A stretch of DNA of 56,068 nucleotides. Origin: an uncultured bacterium (lineage in GTDB: Bacteria; Patescibacteriota; Minisyncoccia; Phycocordibacterales; DATDWN01). Shown piece after piece: positions 1 through 9,278 of this stretch. Where the stretch lies: positions 1-56,068 of the forward strand of contig CAIQCQ010000015.1 of NCBI GenBank assembly GCA_903870365.1, in the 5' to 3' direction. The notes under the pieces were generated by a model, which made no database searches, was not told where the DNA came from, and saw only the letters and a list, made by a program, of their open reading frames with translations. The first letter of the stretch is position 1; each line of letters starts with the position of its first letter. A program made the position numbers and the translations under genes.

Positions 1-107
1 AGATTCTTGGATACAAAACAGCTCTGGAAGTATCCAGAGCAAATGGTATTATGAAGAGTATTATCAGTCGTAATTCTACGACTGTCCTGATTGAGGGGTG
101 AATTTAG
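1..107 (+). mobile_element. IS30-family element, right end: transposase C-terminus (3..101) and right inverted repeat (~81..107)
   Basis: Frame from 3 reads ILGYKTALEVSRANG...VLIEG*, matching the IS30 C-terminal (PRK)xLGYKTPxE motif. ACTGTCCTGATT at 81-92 is the reverse complement of AATCAGGACAGT at 55968-55979. Confidence 0.8.
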
Positions 108-203
108 GTGCGAACTTCTATTTAAATCATAGCACACTATATATCATTTTGTCAAGTCACAACGACGTCAAAAAAACCTTGTTTTACAAGGGTATTTTGA
201 CGT

Positions 204-1667
204 TTATATCTGGTCCAAATCCAATGTCTCATCAATCCTAATCTTGGCTACAAAGTCGGGCACGTGAGAAACAATGATCATCGCACCCTCATAGGTATTC
301 AATGCCTCGGCAATGACGGGAATGTGGCGGAAGTTAATATGGTTGGTTGGTTCATCGAGGATGAGGAGTCCTGGTTTTTGCAAGACAAGTCGGGCAAAAG
401 CCACCAGACCTTTTTGACCCTCAGACAAGTTCCCTACCTTGGTCTGCATGACGTCCCCCGTAATGAGAAAGCCTGCGGCCACAGATCGCATTTTTTCTTC
501 TGACTCTTTGACCGCCACCTCGGACAATGACTGATAGACCGTGTCATCAAAGTTCAGTGTTGAAAAATCTTGTCGGTAATAGCCGATGACCACTCCAGGA
601 GTAATCTTGGTCCCCACCGCTTCATTTTTGGCGATTGATTCGAGCAAGGTACTCTTACCAATACCATTTGGCCCTTGTAACAGAAGATGCTGATTTTTCT
701 TCAGTGAAATATTGGCTTTTTTGGAAACAGGTTTGTGATTTTTAATTGTTTTAAACGCAGTGATATGGACGATCTCACCAGTCATGTTTTGCTGAGCATG
801 TATGATAAATGGTCGGATAGTTTTGTCTTCTTTTCGTGTATCCACTTTTTGTTCCTCCAACTCCTCAGCTTTGTCACGCATCCGTCGAGCGACCAGACGC
901 ATCTGTCCACCCTTGTTAGCAAAAAAGTTTGCTTTGTCTTTGTTCTCTTGTATTTCTTTAGCCAGCAAGGCATTCTTGCGGTTTTCTTTTTCCTGGCGGG
1001 CAGTAATCTGCTCTCGCACATCAAAATAGTTACCGACATATTGCTCAATCTTTCTGGTATAGACATCCAGATACAAGACACCATCACTAAAACTATTCAA
1101 GAAATCAGCATCATGGGAAATAACGATACAGGTTTTTTTATAACTTTTCAAAAACTGTGTGAGATGTTCAATACCTGCCGTGTCCAAATTGTTGGTCGGC
1201 TCATCGAGCAAGAGTAAGTCAGGATTTTGAATTAAAGCAGAAGCGAGCAGTAGTCGGGCCTGCTGTCCACCAGAAAATGATCGGACGATTCTGTCATGCA
1301 CTTTTGTGTGACCTTTGAGGTTGACTACCTCCAAGACATCATCAATCCGTGGATCGAGGTCATAGACTTTTTTGGAAAAACATTTAGCAAAAAACTCTCG
1401 AACAGTCAGGTTGAGTTCATCTCGTGGGATGACTTGTCGAGACAGAGCGATGGACACACCATTGACCACATTGACCACACCTTCTTCTGGTGTGTTTTCT
1501 TTGGTAATCAAACCAAACAAGGTACTCTTGCCTGCCCCGTTTTGTCCCATGATGGTCGTCTTGGTTCCACGCCGAATAGCAAAATCCACTTCACCCAAGA
1601 GTGTTTTGTTTTCTGAATATCCAAATGACACCTTCTCAAAACGAAGGATTGTTTCGTCTTTCGCCAT
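204..1667 (-). CDS. ABC-F family ATPase (ribosome-associated, two ABC domains, no TM segments)
   Basis: Two Walker A motifs (GQNGAGKST, GPNGIGKST), FSGGQ/LSEGQ signatures, LLLDEPTN twice, coiled linker. Confidence 0.92.
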   Translation of the reverse strand: MAKDETILRFEKVSFGYSENKTLLGEVDFAIRRGTKTTIMGQNGAGKSTLFGLITKENTPEEGVVNVVNGVSIALSRQVIPRDELNLTVREFFAKCFSKKVYDLDPRIDDVLEVVNLKGHTKVHDRIVRSFSGGQQARLLLASALIQNPDLLLLDEPTNNLDTAGIEHLTQFLKSYKKTCIVISHDADFLNSFSDGVLYLDVYTRKIEQYVGNYFDVREQITARQEKENRKNALLAKEIQENKDKANFFANKGGQMRLVARRMRDKAEELEEQKVDTRKEDKTIRPFIIHAQQNMTGEIVHITAFKTIKNHKPVSKKANISLKKNQHLLLQGPNGIGKSTLLESIAKNEAVGTKITPGVVIGYYRQDFSTLNFDDTVYQSLSEVAVKESEEKMRSVAAGFLITGDVMQTKVGNLSEGQKGLVAFARLVLQKPGLLILDEPTNHINFRHIPVIAEALNTYEGAMIIVSHVPDFVAKIRIDETLDLDQI

Positions 1668-1840
1668 GTATTATGTATAAAAAAATAGAAAATAGGGAAC
1701 AAAATAACTTTCATAATTTCACCAAGTGAGAAGTGAGTAACCTCACTTCTCAAGACCTTGAATGACTCTCGTACTCAGAACGTGAAAGGTGTGACTTGCC
1801 ATGTAAGGTTCGCGATGAGATTGGTGAAATTTGGAAGTTA

Positions 1841-1957
1841 TTATCTCTCCCATTTGCCGGTACCAATCAACTTGAGTCGCTTCACTTCCAAGCGTTTTTT
1901 TGTCTTCTTAGAACGTGATGTCTTATTTTTTGTATTTGTTGCTTCTCGTTTTGCCAT
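1841..1957 (-). CDS. 38-aa Lys/Arg-rich small protein (below ORF-track cutoff)
   Basis: MAKREATNTKNKTSRSKKTKKRLEVKRLKLIGTGKWER*; a -10 box (TATACT) lies just beyond the MITE inserted at its start. Confidence 0.6.
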   Translation of the reverse strand: MAKREATNTKNKTSRSKKTKKRLEVKRLKLIGTGKWER

Positions 1958-2057
1958 CCCGTTAGAAATAGGAGATCACGCATTGTGCCGTGATTCCTAT
2001 ATATAATTATTGAGTAAATCTGCTAATGATATTTAGATCTCCGCCATTTCTGACAGG
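1958..2057. mobile_element. MITE-like element copy 1 (degenerate)
   Basis: CCCGTTAGAAAT ... ATTTCTGACAGG terminal inverted repeats, flanked by GCCAT/ACCAT. Confidence 0.65.
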
Positions 2058-2123
2058 ACCATAGGAATGCAGTATACACTGAAATGTAGGAAAAAGATAC
2101 ACCTAACAAAAAGGCATTACCTA

Positions 2124-2510
2124 CTAGTTTCTTTCAAACAAAGTTTTGTATTTATCCCAATATGCATATCCCAAGTATGACGTGAGTAAGCTCACCACAA
2201 TACCTGATGCAATATACCCAGGTGCCACATGTAGATCGAATACAATAATTCCTACACAAATAGGAGAAACAAAAATAGTTGCAAGTGCTGGCAAAAACCC
2301 TGTCAGGAGCATCAACCCAGAAACTATTTCTGTCACTTTAATCATTTGAAATATTCCCATAGACCACAATGACTGTGAGACTCCAATCATTTCTGTTGGC
2401 ACACCATGCATTGCATACCCTGCCATAAGTCCAGACACACCACTTCCTATAAACGCTAATCCCAAAACACTGCGTATAGTAATAACAAGTTTACGATTAC
2501 GAAAATTCAT
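2124..2510 (-). CDS. DoxX-family membrane protein
   Basis: 4 TM helices; R..LG..F..SG and KVTEI..G..LL.G motifs. Confidence 0.75.
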   Translation of the reverse strand: MNFRNRKLVITIRSVLGLAFIGSGVSGLMAGYAMHGVPTEMIGVSQSLWSMGIFQMIKVTEIVSGLMLLTGFLPALATIFVSPICVGIIVFDLHVAPGYIASGIVVSLLTSYLGYAYWDKYKTLFERN

Positions 2511-2559
2511 ATGTATGTATCTATTTTATAATATATCTACTATACCAAATCTTTTAACC

Positions 2560-2892
2560 CTAGTCCTGGAACAAACCGAAAAAGGCATTGATAAGCGAGA
2601 GAACAATAGAAAAGAGACATGCTGTCCAAAAGCCCGCAACGACAAAACCAGGGACAATGTGTGACGCAAGAATGATAAATAGTGCATTAATAACCAATGA
2701 AAACAAACCGAGAGTAAGGATAGTCAATGGTAATGTAATCAACTTAACCGCTGGTTTGATAAAAATATTGATGATGCCCAGGACGACAGCTAATACGATG
2801 GCACTTTGCAGACCAATAGTTACCCCTGGCACAATGTAGGTGGCAATTAAGATGGCTATGGTAGACACAATGAGGTGGATGAGTATTTTCAT
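2560..2892 (-). CDS. 4-TM phage holin family / YvlD-like membrane protein
   Basis: N.FIKP..KLITLPLTILTLGLFSLVINA signature; start taken at MKILIH. Confidence 0.85.
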   Translation of the reverse strand: MKILIHLIVSTIAILIATYIVPGVTIGLQSAIVLAVVLGIINIFIKPAVKLITLPLTILTLGLFSLVINALFIILASHIVPGFVVAGFWTACLFSIVLSLINAFFGLFQD

Positions 2893-2942
2893 ATGGATAG
2901 CATTATACAATACAAAACCCTTGTTCGCATGGAGAACTCTAC

Positions 2943-3521
2943 TTAAAGAACAGATATATTGACATCACGAAGCTTCATTGTCTGTGGATCAAGAAGGACT
3001 GACATACTCTTGGCCACTGATGGCTGTGTGGTAAATGGTTCACCAGCATTTCTGACCGCATAGTTCACCACAATCACATTGCTATTTTTAACCTGAGAGA
3101 TCTCGGTTGTTTGTGGGGCAATACGATCACCAAGTAGTACACCATCTGAACCAATATATCCATTGACGGTGTTGAGAGCAACAACAACATAATAAAAGGT
3201 GCCGCTACCACCAGTGTTTTGAGTCAAAAGAAACGCTGTGTCCGGTCGTCCATCACCATTAAAGTCATGCACCACTTCATTGCCAAAATACTGAGTAGTA
3301 ATTTTTGAGGCTGAGCCGGGAGCGGCTGGGACCACAGACACCCCATTGACCAAGGTCACTGGTTGTCCTTCGATCATATAAGTTGCATCCTTTGGACTTT
3401 GTGCCCCGACAATAGGTGGCGTCACCACAACAGAAGACTTTACGGTATATAAAAAATACAAACCGACGGCAATAGCCACCAATACCACAATCGCAACAGA
3501 CATCACAACAATATTTTTCAT
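2943..3521 (-). CDS. Membrane-anchored extracellular hypothetical protein
   Basis: N-terminal TM; DFNGDGRPD Ca-binding-like loop; GGSGTFYY motif. Confidence 0.7.
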   Translation of the reverse strand: MKNIVVMSVAIVVLVAIAVGLYFLYTVKSSVVVTPPIVGAQSPKDATYMIEGQPVTLVNGVSVVPAAPGSASKITTQYFGNEVVHDFNGDGRPDTAFLLTQNTGGSGTFYYVVVALNTVNGYIGSDGVLLGDRIAPQTTEISQVKNSNVIVVNYAVRNAGEPFTTQPSVAKSMSVLLDPQTMKLRDVNISVL

Positions 3522-3565
3522 ATATATCTTAAGACGACAAATAGAGGTTGTTATGACACAGACAC

Positions 3566-4888
3566 TTATCTTTGTGGTGCCACAGTAATCGTATTAATAA
3601 TAGCTTGTTGTAATGAAGTTGATCGAATAGTCTGTGCCAATATTTGTTTCCACTGTGAATTTTGTATATCGACGTCAGGTAACACACCATTTACCTCTAT
3701 CGGCTGATTATCATCACGTAATGTCAGACTGTTGACCAACAACAGTGAGTACTTTTCATTTGGACCAATACTAGTTTGTATCGGATAAGTATTTTCCACA
3801 CTACCCCACCCCCGAGTTTTTGTACCGACCACATGCGCAATACGAAACTTTTTCAAAATAGAAGTGAGTAGCTCGGCCGTCGACTGTGTCATATTATTAG
3901 TCAGCACAGCATATTCAGTATATCGATCAAGTTCGGGAAAATGTGGAGTGACAGTCCGCTGGGTTTGATAGTCACCTTGGTGAAAGAGGTCAAACGCATA
4001 TTGATTTTGCCCAAGAAACAAACCGAGGAAATACTGTGGAAAGGTCAAATCCCCACCCACATTGTTCCGTACATCAAGAATCATACTGGAGAGATGCGGT
4101 GTGGTACTGGCCGAGTCCACCACTCGAGCAAAATCACTGATAGTACTTGGTGAAATTTTCTCTATATAAACATACAACGTATTACCCATGATGTGGCCAA
4201 AGACAGTTGGTTCAATCTGGGTCTGATCATATATTGATTTATCAATTGGATTATTCAATACCTGATATGAATACAAAGTCTGCTCACGTTTCGCCTCGAC
4301 ATCACTTGTCGTAGCATGGGCAAGGTCTGCTTTTGTTTTCATATATCCTGCTGCAATCTCCTGCATAGTCGCCCCCTTGGTCACCCCAATATTTTGATAC
4401 AAATCATTGGCTGGATTGATATTGGCCACCGTCTGTCGAAGCTCTGTTTCTTGGACAGAGGAGAGAAGTTGATCACGGCCTTGTGGAGCTAAGTTATACA
4501 AAGCCACAATAACAGTATTGATAGCCAAATTTTTCTCGGCCGATGTTGAGGTGGCCGTCTTAAACTCTCTCGCAATCATATTGGCCACACCGGTACGATC
4601 CTGACTGACTACTGTAGGAACCGCAGGAAAGTTCCCTGCTTTCTGCACAGAGAGCTGAAAAAGCTGAGCCATATCAGAACTGGTGGCTTGCTTCCAGTAA
4701 TTAGCGACGATGGCATCGTACACTTCCATATCAAAACGAACGTATGGATCATTTTCTGCCGCTGTTTTGTATTGAACTGGTTTAGTAAAAAGTTGTGCCT
4801 GATGTGTATACGCATAATATCCACCACCACCGAGAACAACGAGGCACAGCAAACATATCCAGATTTTCTTTTGAAATAAAAAATTCAT
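3566..4888 (-). CDS. S41 peptidase-like protein with J-domain-like insertion, N-terminal anchor
   Basis: ILDVRNNVGG, TQSTAE, GTKTRGWGSV, GVLPDV motifs; DLYQNIGVTKGAT..EI...Y and YQVLNNP..K..YDQ resemble J-domain helices. Confidence 0.75.
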   Translation of the reverse strand: MNFLFQKKIWICLLCLVVLGGGGYYAYTHQAQLFTKPVQYKTAAENDPYVRFDMEVYDAIVANYWKQATSSDMAQLFQLSVQKAGNFPAVPTVVSQDRTGVANMIAREFKTATSTSAEKNLAINTVIVALYNLAPQGRDQLLSSVQETELRQTVANINPANDLYQNIGVTKGATMQEIAAGYMKTKADLAHATTSDVEAKREQTLYSYQVLNNPIDKSIYDQTQIEPTVFGHIMGNTLYVYIEKISPSTISDFARVVDSASTTPHLSSMILDVRNNVGGDLTFPQYFLGLFLGQNQYAFDLFHQGDYQTQRTVTPHFPELDRYTEYAVLTNNMTQSTAELLTSILKKFRIAHVVGTKTRGWGSVENTYPIQTSIGPNEKYSLLLVNSLTLRDDNQPIEVNGVLPDVDIQNSQWKQILAQTIRSTSLQQAIINTITVAPQR

Positions 4889-4903
4889 TATATAAATTGT
4901 TAC

Positions 4904-6391
4904 CTACTCCACATGCACTTGTATATCTGTACGCTCTTTTTCTAGTTTCAAAAAAAGTATCGTAAAAGAACCAACAAAAATTATAACCGATGCAACAAGA
5001 AAAACATAATTATATGCATCGATCTGTGCCTTGAGTGATATCAATGCAATATATTTTTGTATATCAATCGGGTTGTGACTATATAGCTTACTAAAACTAT
5101 TGATACTCAACACATTAGACGCCACTCTGTTGTTCAATATCGTAGCAAAAATAGCGATACCAAATGCTCCTGCAATATTTCGAACCAAAGCCAAGATAGA
5201 TGAAGCAATACCAATCTCGTTTTGTGGTACCACCGATGCAATAATGTTGGTTCGCTGAGCCATACCGAAACCCAAACCAAAGGCCATCACTCCAAGCGGC
5301 AACATAATATCAAAAGCTGTTGATCGTGGGTCAAGACCGGTAAACATATAAATACCGATGGCTGCTACCAATGTGCTAGCAAATATAACGTAGCGAGATT
5401 GCACACGACCAGTCAACATGCCACCGATAGGTGCGGCGAGCATCAATGCTGCAGCCATTGGTATAAACAAATAGCCGGACTCAGTGGCGTTATATCCTAA
5501 AAACGTTTGGGCAAAGACGGGGATCAAAAAGACACCGCCCATCATACCCATGAAGACCACAAAGTTGTTAATCAATGCATTGACAAAAGCAGGGATCTTG
5601 AAAAATTTAAGATCAACAATTGGTTCGGGAAAATGTTGTTCAATCCGAATAAACAGCCACAGCAACACAACAATCGAAACGTAACACCCGACACTCCATA
5701 CAGACAACCATCCCCAATCTGAACCTTTGTCCAACACTAAGACGAGAGCTGACAACATGCCACCCAACGTAGCAGCACCCCACCAATCAAAAAAGACTGT
5801 TTTATTTTCTGATCGTGATTCATTGATAAAACGCAGTGCCATATAAATACCAAGCAAACCAATCGGTAAGTTGATCAAAAAAACTGAACGCCAACCAAAG
5901 GTATCAATCAATGGCCCGCCGAGCAATGGACCAAACACAATAGCCGCCGCAAATGATGATGACCAGATGCCAAGGGCCTGAGCACGCTCCTTACCCTCTT
6001 TAAACGTCACGGCAATGATAGCCATAGCCGTCGGATAGTCCGCCGAACCAGCAATAGCCTGGATCACGCGAAAGACAATCATCGATGATAAATTCCAGGC
6101 CAAACCCGCGAGAACTGAACCAAGAATAAAAATAGAAAAACCAAGAATATAGACTTTCTTGCGACCAATCGTGTCCCCCAGTTTGCCCCAGATAGGCACA
6201 AAGACAGCGTTGGCAATAATGTACGCCGTGGCAATCCACCCCGCAGCAGAGACACTAATACCAAATTCATCAATAATTTTCGGCAATGCTAAGTTCACAA
6301 TGGTCTGATCCAATCGTCCTAAAAAAGTACCCACAATCACTGTCAGTAAGATCCACCAACGAAGATTAGATCCTCCTGTACTCTCTTCCAT
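4904..6391 (-). CDS. DHA2 (EmrB/QacA) MFS efflux transporter
   Basis: LDQTIVNLALP, GKLGDTIGRKK (motif A), VFLINLPIG; about 14 TM. Confidence 0.92.
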   Translation of the reverse strand: MEESTGGSNLRWWILLTVIVGTFLGRLDQTIVNLALPKIIDEFGISVSAAGWIATAYIIANAVFVPIWGKLGDTIGRKKVYILGFSIFILGSVLAGLAWNLSSMIVFRVIQAIAGSADYPTAMAIIAVTFKEGKERAQALGIWSSSFAAAIVFGPLLGGPLIDTFGWRSVFLINLPIGLLGIYMALRFINESRSENKTVFFDWWGAATLGGMLSALVLVLDKGSDWGWLSVWSVGCYVSIVVLLWLFIRIEQHFPEPIVDLKFFKIPAFVNALINNFVVFMGMMGGVFLIPVFAQTFLGYNATESGYLFIPMAAALMLAAPIGGMLTGRVQSRYVIFASTLVAAIGIYMFTGLDPRSTAFDIMLPLGVMAFGLGFGMAQRTNIIASVVPQNEIGIASSILALVRNIAGAFGIAIFATILNNRVASNVLSINSFSKLYSHNPIDIQKYIALISLKAQIDAYNYVFLVASVIIFVGSFTILFLKLEKERTDIQVHVE

Positions 6392-6393
6392 AG

Positions 6394-7038
6394 TTATTTC
6401 AAATAGACCGTTATCTTGGCAGACATACCATTTTTCAATTCTGGGTACTGTGCCACGGTGAACCGTACTTTAATATCAAATTTATTGACTGGTCGCTTGT
6501 CTGAAATAGAAAAAACCACGCCGGTATTGTCCGCAGTTTGACTGACACTATCGACCACGCCAACATATGTTTTGTTGCCATAAGTATCCACAGTAAATGT
6601 CACCTTTTGTCCTGGATGCACCTGGTCTAAACCCTTGGTCTCATCAATAGTCCCCACGACACGTAAATCATCTGGATGGATCATCGACACCACTGTTTGA
6701 CCAGGGGCAAAAAACGCTCCAACAGTATTGGTCACTCCAACGACAATACCGTCCTGTTTGGCAGTTACCGTATCACTCCCCACAGAGGCAAGGGGCATAT
6801 TAACAGAAACAGTATCCCCTTCGTGAACATATAGTGTATTTAACATACCACCAGTACTAGCTGACAAATTAATGATCGGTGCATTGATCACAGAGTTTTC
6901 AATAAACAATGTATTGTGATTGTCTTGCCAAAAAATAAAACCTCCCAAGACAACAAACACACCAACAATACCCGCAATACTTTGGACCAGTGGGTTTTTA
7001 AATAGAGATTGTTTGTCTGTCTTTTTTTCTTCGTTCAT
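6394..7038 (-). CDS. Short HlyD/EmrA-like adaptor (lipoyl + beta-barrel, no helical hairpin)
   Basis: VHEGDTV, GQKVTFTVDTY, LKNGMSAKITV. Confidence 0.8.
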   Translation of the reverse strand: MNEEKKTDKQSLFKNPLVQSIAGIVGVFVVLGGFIFWQDNHNTLFIENSVINAPIINLSASTGGMLNTLYVHEGDTVSVNMPLASVGSDTVTAKQDGIVVGVTNTVGAFFAPGQTVVSMIHPDDLRVVGTIDETKGLDQVHPGQKVTFTVDTYGNKTYVGVVDSVSQTADNTGVVFSISDKRPVNKFDIKVRFTVAQYPELKNGMSAKITVYLK

Positions 7039-7053
7039 ATATATGTTTTGATA

Positions 7054-8187
7054 TTATTGTGTCGAACCTTGTTGCAAAATCATCACTTCTTTCAAGGGTT
7101 GTGCTTGTTCACCCACTGCAATATCAATGTGTGTAATCACGCCAGCAATCGGTGCTCGCAAGACAGTGTTGTTGACCATAGTCTCTGCAGCAGTAATCAG
7201 ACCTTGAGCTGACAAGATTTGGGCGTTAGCAATAGCCACATCCTCACTCCGAGCTGGCGATTGTTTCAATGAAAGTTGTGCTAATGCAACATCATGTGCC
7301 GACTGAGCACTCTGAACTGCCTGTTCATCATTGATAATAGTGGTAGAAAGTCCATCAATGGTTGCTTTTGCATTGGCTACTGCTGTCTCTGCACCAGCCA
7401 AACTTGCCCCACCTGTACTCGAGTTTGTTTGTGTACTATTTGTTAATACATTCAAAATATCTGTAAAATAATTACTGACCAGAGACAGATGATCGAGTGA
7501 GTCAGTAATGGTCTGATCAACGGTGTCAGCAGATATATTTGAAGTTTCTGTCTGCCATTGAGGAGTAAAACCATTCAGTGCGACTCGCTCGTCATTGATC
7601 ACACCGACCATATGTTGATCAGTTTGCAAGGTGCCACCAACACTAAACTGTGGTGATGCGGATTGCGGATTGGAAAATAATATATTGGTAGTAGATAAAA
7701 TAATGGTGTTTGTGTTGCTTTCCGCAGTTTTCAATTCATTCAACAAATTCTGTTCATTATTTTGTAGAGTGGTCTCTGCTGCCACCTCTGCCGCTTGACT
7801 GACTGCCACGTCTTGTGGAGTAGCTGCAGCCAAAATCTTGTTGTAATTTGCTTTTGCTTGAGCCAACGTGCCTTCTGCACTTTGTAGAGAAGCCTGTGCA
7901 CTGCCTTGATCAACAGTAGCCAACACCTGCCCAGTAGATACACGATCACCTATTTTCACTGAGACAGTCTGCACCCGACCACCCACAGGAAATGACAAAG
8001 TAATGTCTTGTTGATTTGTGTCGACAACACTCGTGGTGGCTACGGTCGCATCAATTTGAGCAAAGGTCTTGGCCAAATTCCTCTGGTGATAGACATATCC
8101 GCCAATACCTACCACCACGGCCAAAACAGCCGCGCTACCGATGGCGACTTTTGGTTTATGTAAAATGTTGTGTATTTTTTGCTTCAT
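7054..8187 (-). CDS. HlyD/membrane-fusion adaptor (lipoyl halves around a long coiled coil)
   Basis: LSFPVGGRV...VKIGDRV..GQVLA and LRAPIAGVI...GE. Confidence 0.8.
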   Translation of the reverse strand: MKQKIHNILHKPKVAIGSAAVLAVVVGIGGYVYHQRNLAKTFAQIDATVATTSVVDTNQQDITLSFPVGGRVQTVSVKIGDRVSTGQVLATVDQGSAQASLQSAEGTLAQAKANYNKILAAATPQDVAVSQAAEVAAETTLQNNEQNLLNELKTAESNTNTIILSTTNILFSNPQSASPQFSVGGTLQTDQHMVGVINDERVALNGFTPQWQTETSNISADTVDQTITDSLDHLSLVSNYFTDILNVLTNSTQTNSSTGGASLAGAETAVANAKATIDGLSTTIINDEQAVQSAQSAHDVALAQLSLKQSPARSEDVAIANAQILSAQGLITAAETMVNNTVLRAPIAGVITHIDIAVGEQAQPLKEVMILQQGSTQ

Positions 8188-8294
8188 ATATATATAGTAG
8201 CCAAGAGGGACAGTCTATACGATACGAGCATATTTTTCAACATGAGGCACACGTGTCACTTTTTTAGAAAATGATATAGAATACTCTCACGCAC

Positions 8295-8708
8295 ATGATT
8301 AAAAAAATAAATAAATACGCCATTGGCGATTTTCATTTACGAGTGGGCCTTGGCGTATCAGGTAAAGGACTCTTTGCCACTGTTCCTGTTCCAAAAAATT
8401 CCTACATTATTGAGTACATTGGTAAAACAGTCCCACCAGCCAACCATGACACCGTGACTGGCAGATATCTTTTTTGGGCAGGCAAAAAGTTGATGATCGA
8501 CGGTAATATCAAAGAAAACAAAGCTCGCTTCATCAACCACTCGTGCAAGCCAAACTCCAAAGCAGAAGGTCCAGACGGCCACATCTATATACGAACACTC
8601 CGAGCGATCAAACCTGGTGAAGAAATTACTTATGACTATGGTGACGAATACTTTGATGAATTTATCAAACCCAAAGGCTGTGGCTGTGTGAAGTGTGTAA
8701 AAGGGTAA
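8295..8708 (+). CDS. SET-domain protein-lysine methyltransferase
   Basis: GKGLFA, IIEYIG, ARFINHSCKPN, GEEITYDYG, post-SET CGCVKC. Confidence 0.93.
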   Translation: MIKKINKYAIGDFHLRVGLGVSGKGLFATVPVPKNSYIIEYIGKTVPPANHDTVTGRYLFWAGKKLMIDGNIKENKARFINHSCKPNSKAEGPDGHIYIRTLRAIKPGEEITYDYGDEYFDEFIKPKGCGCVKCVKG

Positions 8709-8710
8709 AC

Positions 8711-8752
8711 AAAAAAAAGAACTACGATCCGCAGACCGTAGTTCTTTTTTTT
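8711..8752. terminator. Bidirectional intrinsic terminator
   Basis: A-run GAACTACG...CGTAGTTC T-run between convergent genes. Confidence 0.75.
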
Positions 8753-8757
8753 GTTTC

Positions 8758-9177
8758 CTACATCACCGCAATAATGACCCCCATGGTGACCATGACCACC
8801 AATGAACATGCACATTCAAAAAGCCAGAGTTTGACTGATCTCCCCATCCAGAGAACTTCGATCGAAGACGAGGTGACCAAAAAACCAAGCCAGACACACA
8901 GTGCAGATGTCACGGCAGTCGCTATCCCTGCTCCACCGAGTACCAGAGAAGTTGATGCGAGTAGATAAACCACTGCGAGCGCATACGCAGTAACAAAATT
9001 AGAAATGAGGTTACCCACCATTTGTGGAACCATATCTGACAACTTTTCATTGCCCGTCATCTTGATATTGGCAAGCTTCATCCACAATTTTCCAAGCAAC
9101 GGCCCATGAAATAAAAATCCAAGGATAAAGGCAACAATAGCCGCAATACTGACTGCAAATAAATTAATCGGTAACAT
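8758..9177 (-). CDS. DUF1761-like membrane protein
   Basis: A..AF.LGFL.HGPLLGKLW N-terminal pattern; 4 TM. Confidence 0.75.
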   Translation of the reverse strand: MLPINLFAVSIAAIVAFILGFLFHGPLLGKLWMKLANIKMTGNEKLSDMVPQMVGNLISNFVTAYALAVVYLLASTSLVLGGAGIATAVTSALCVWLGFLVTSSSIEVLWMGRSVKLWLFECACSLVVMVTMGVIIAVM

Positions 9178-9278
9178 AATGTATATATTAATTGGTAAAA
9201 TGTATAAATATTATAGCAGATTTTAAAACCACAGCTCTGATACGAAGGTGGGACCTTTTTAAGCCAAAGACCTACGAC

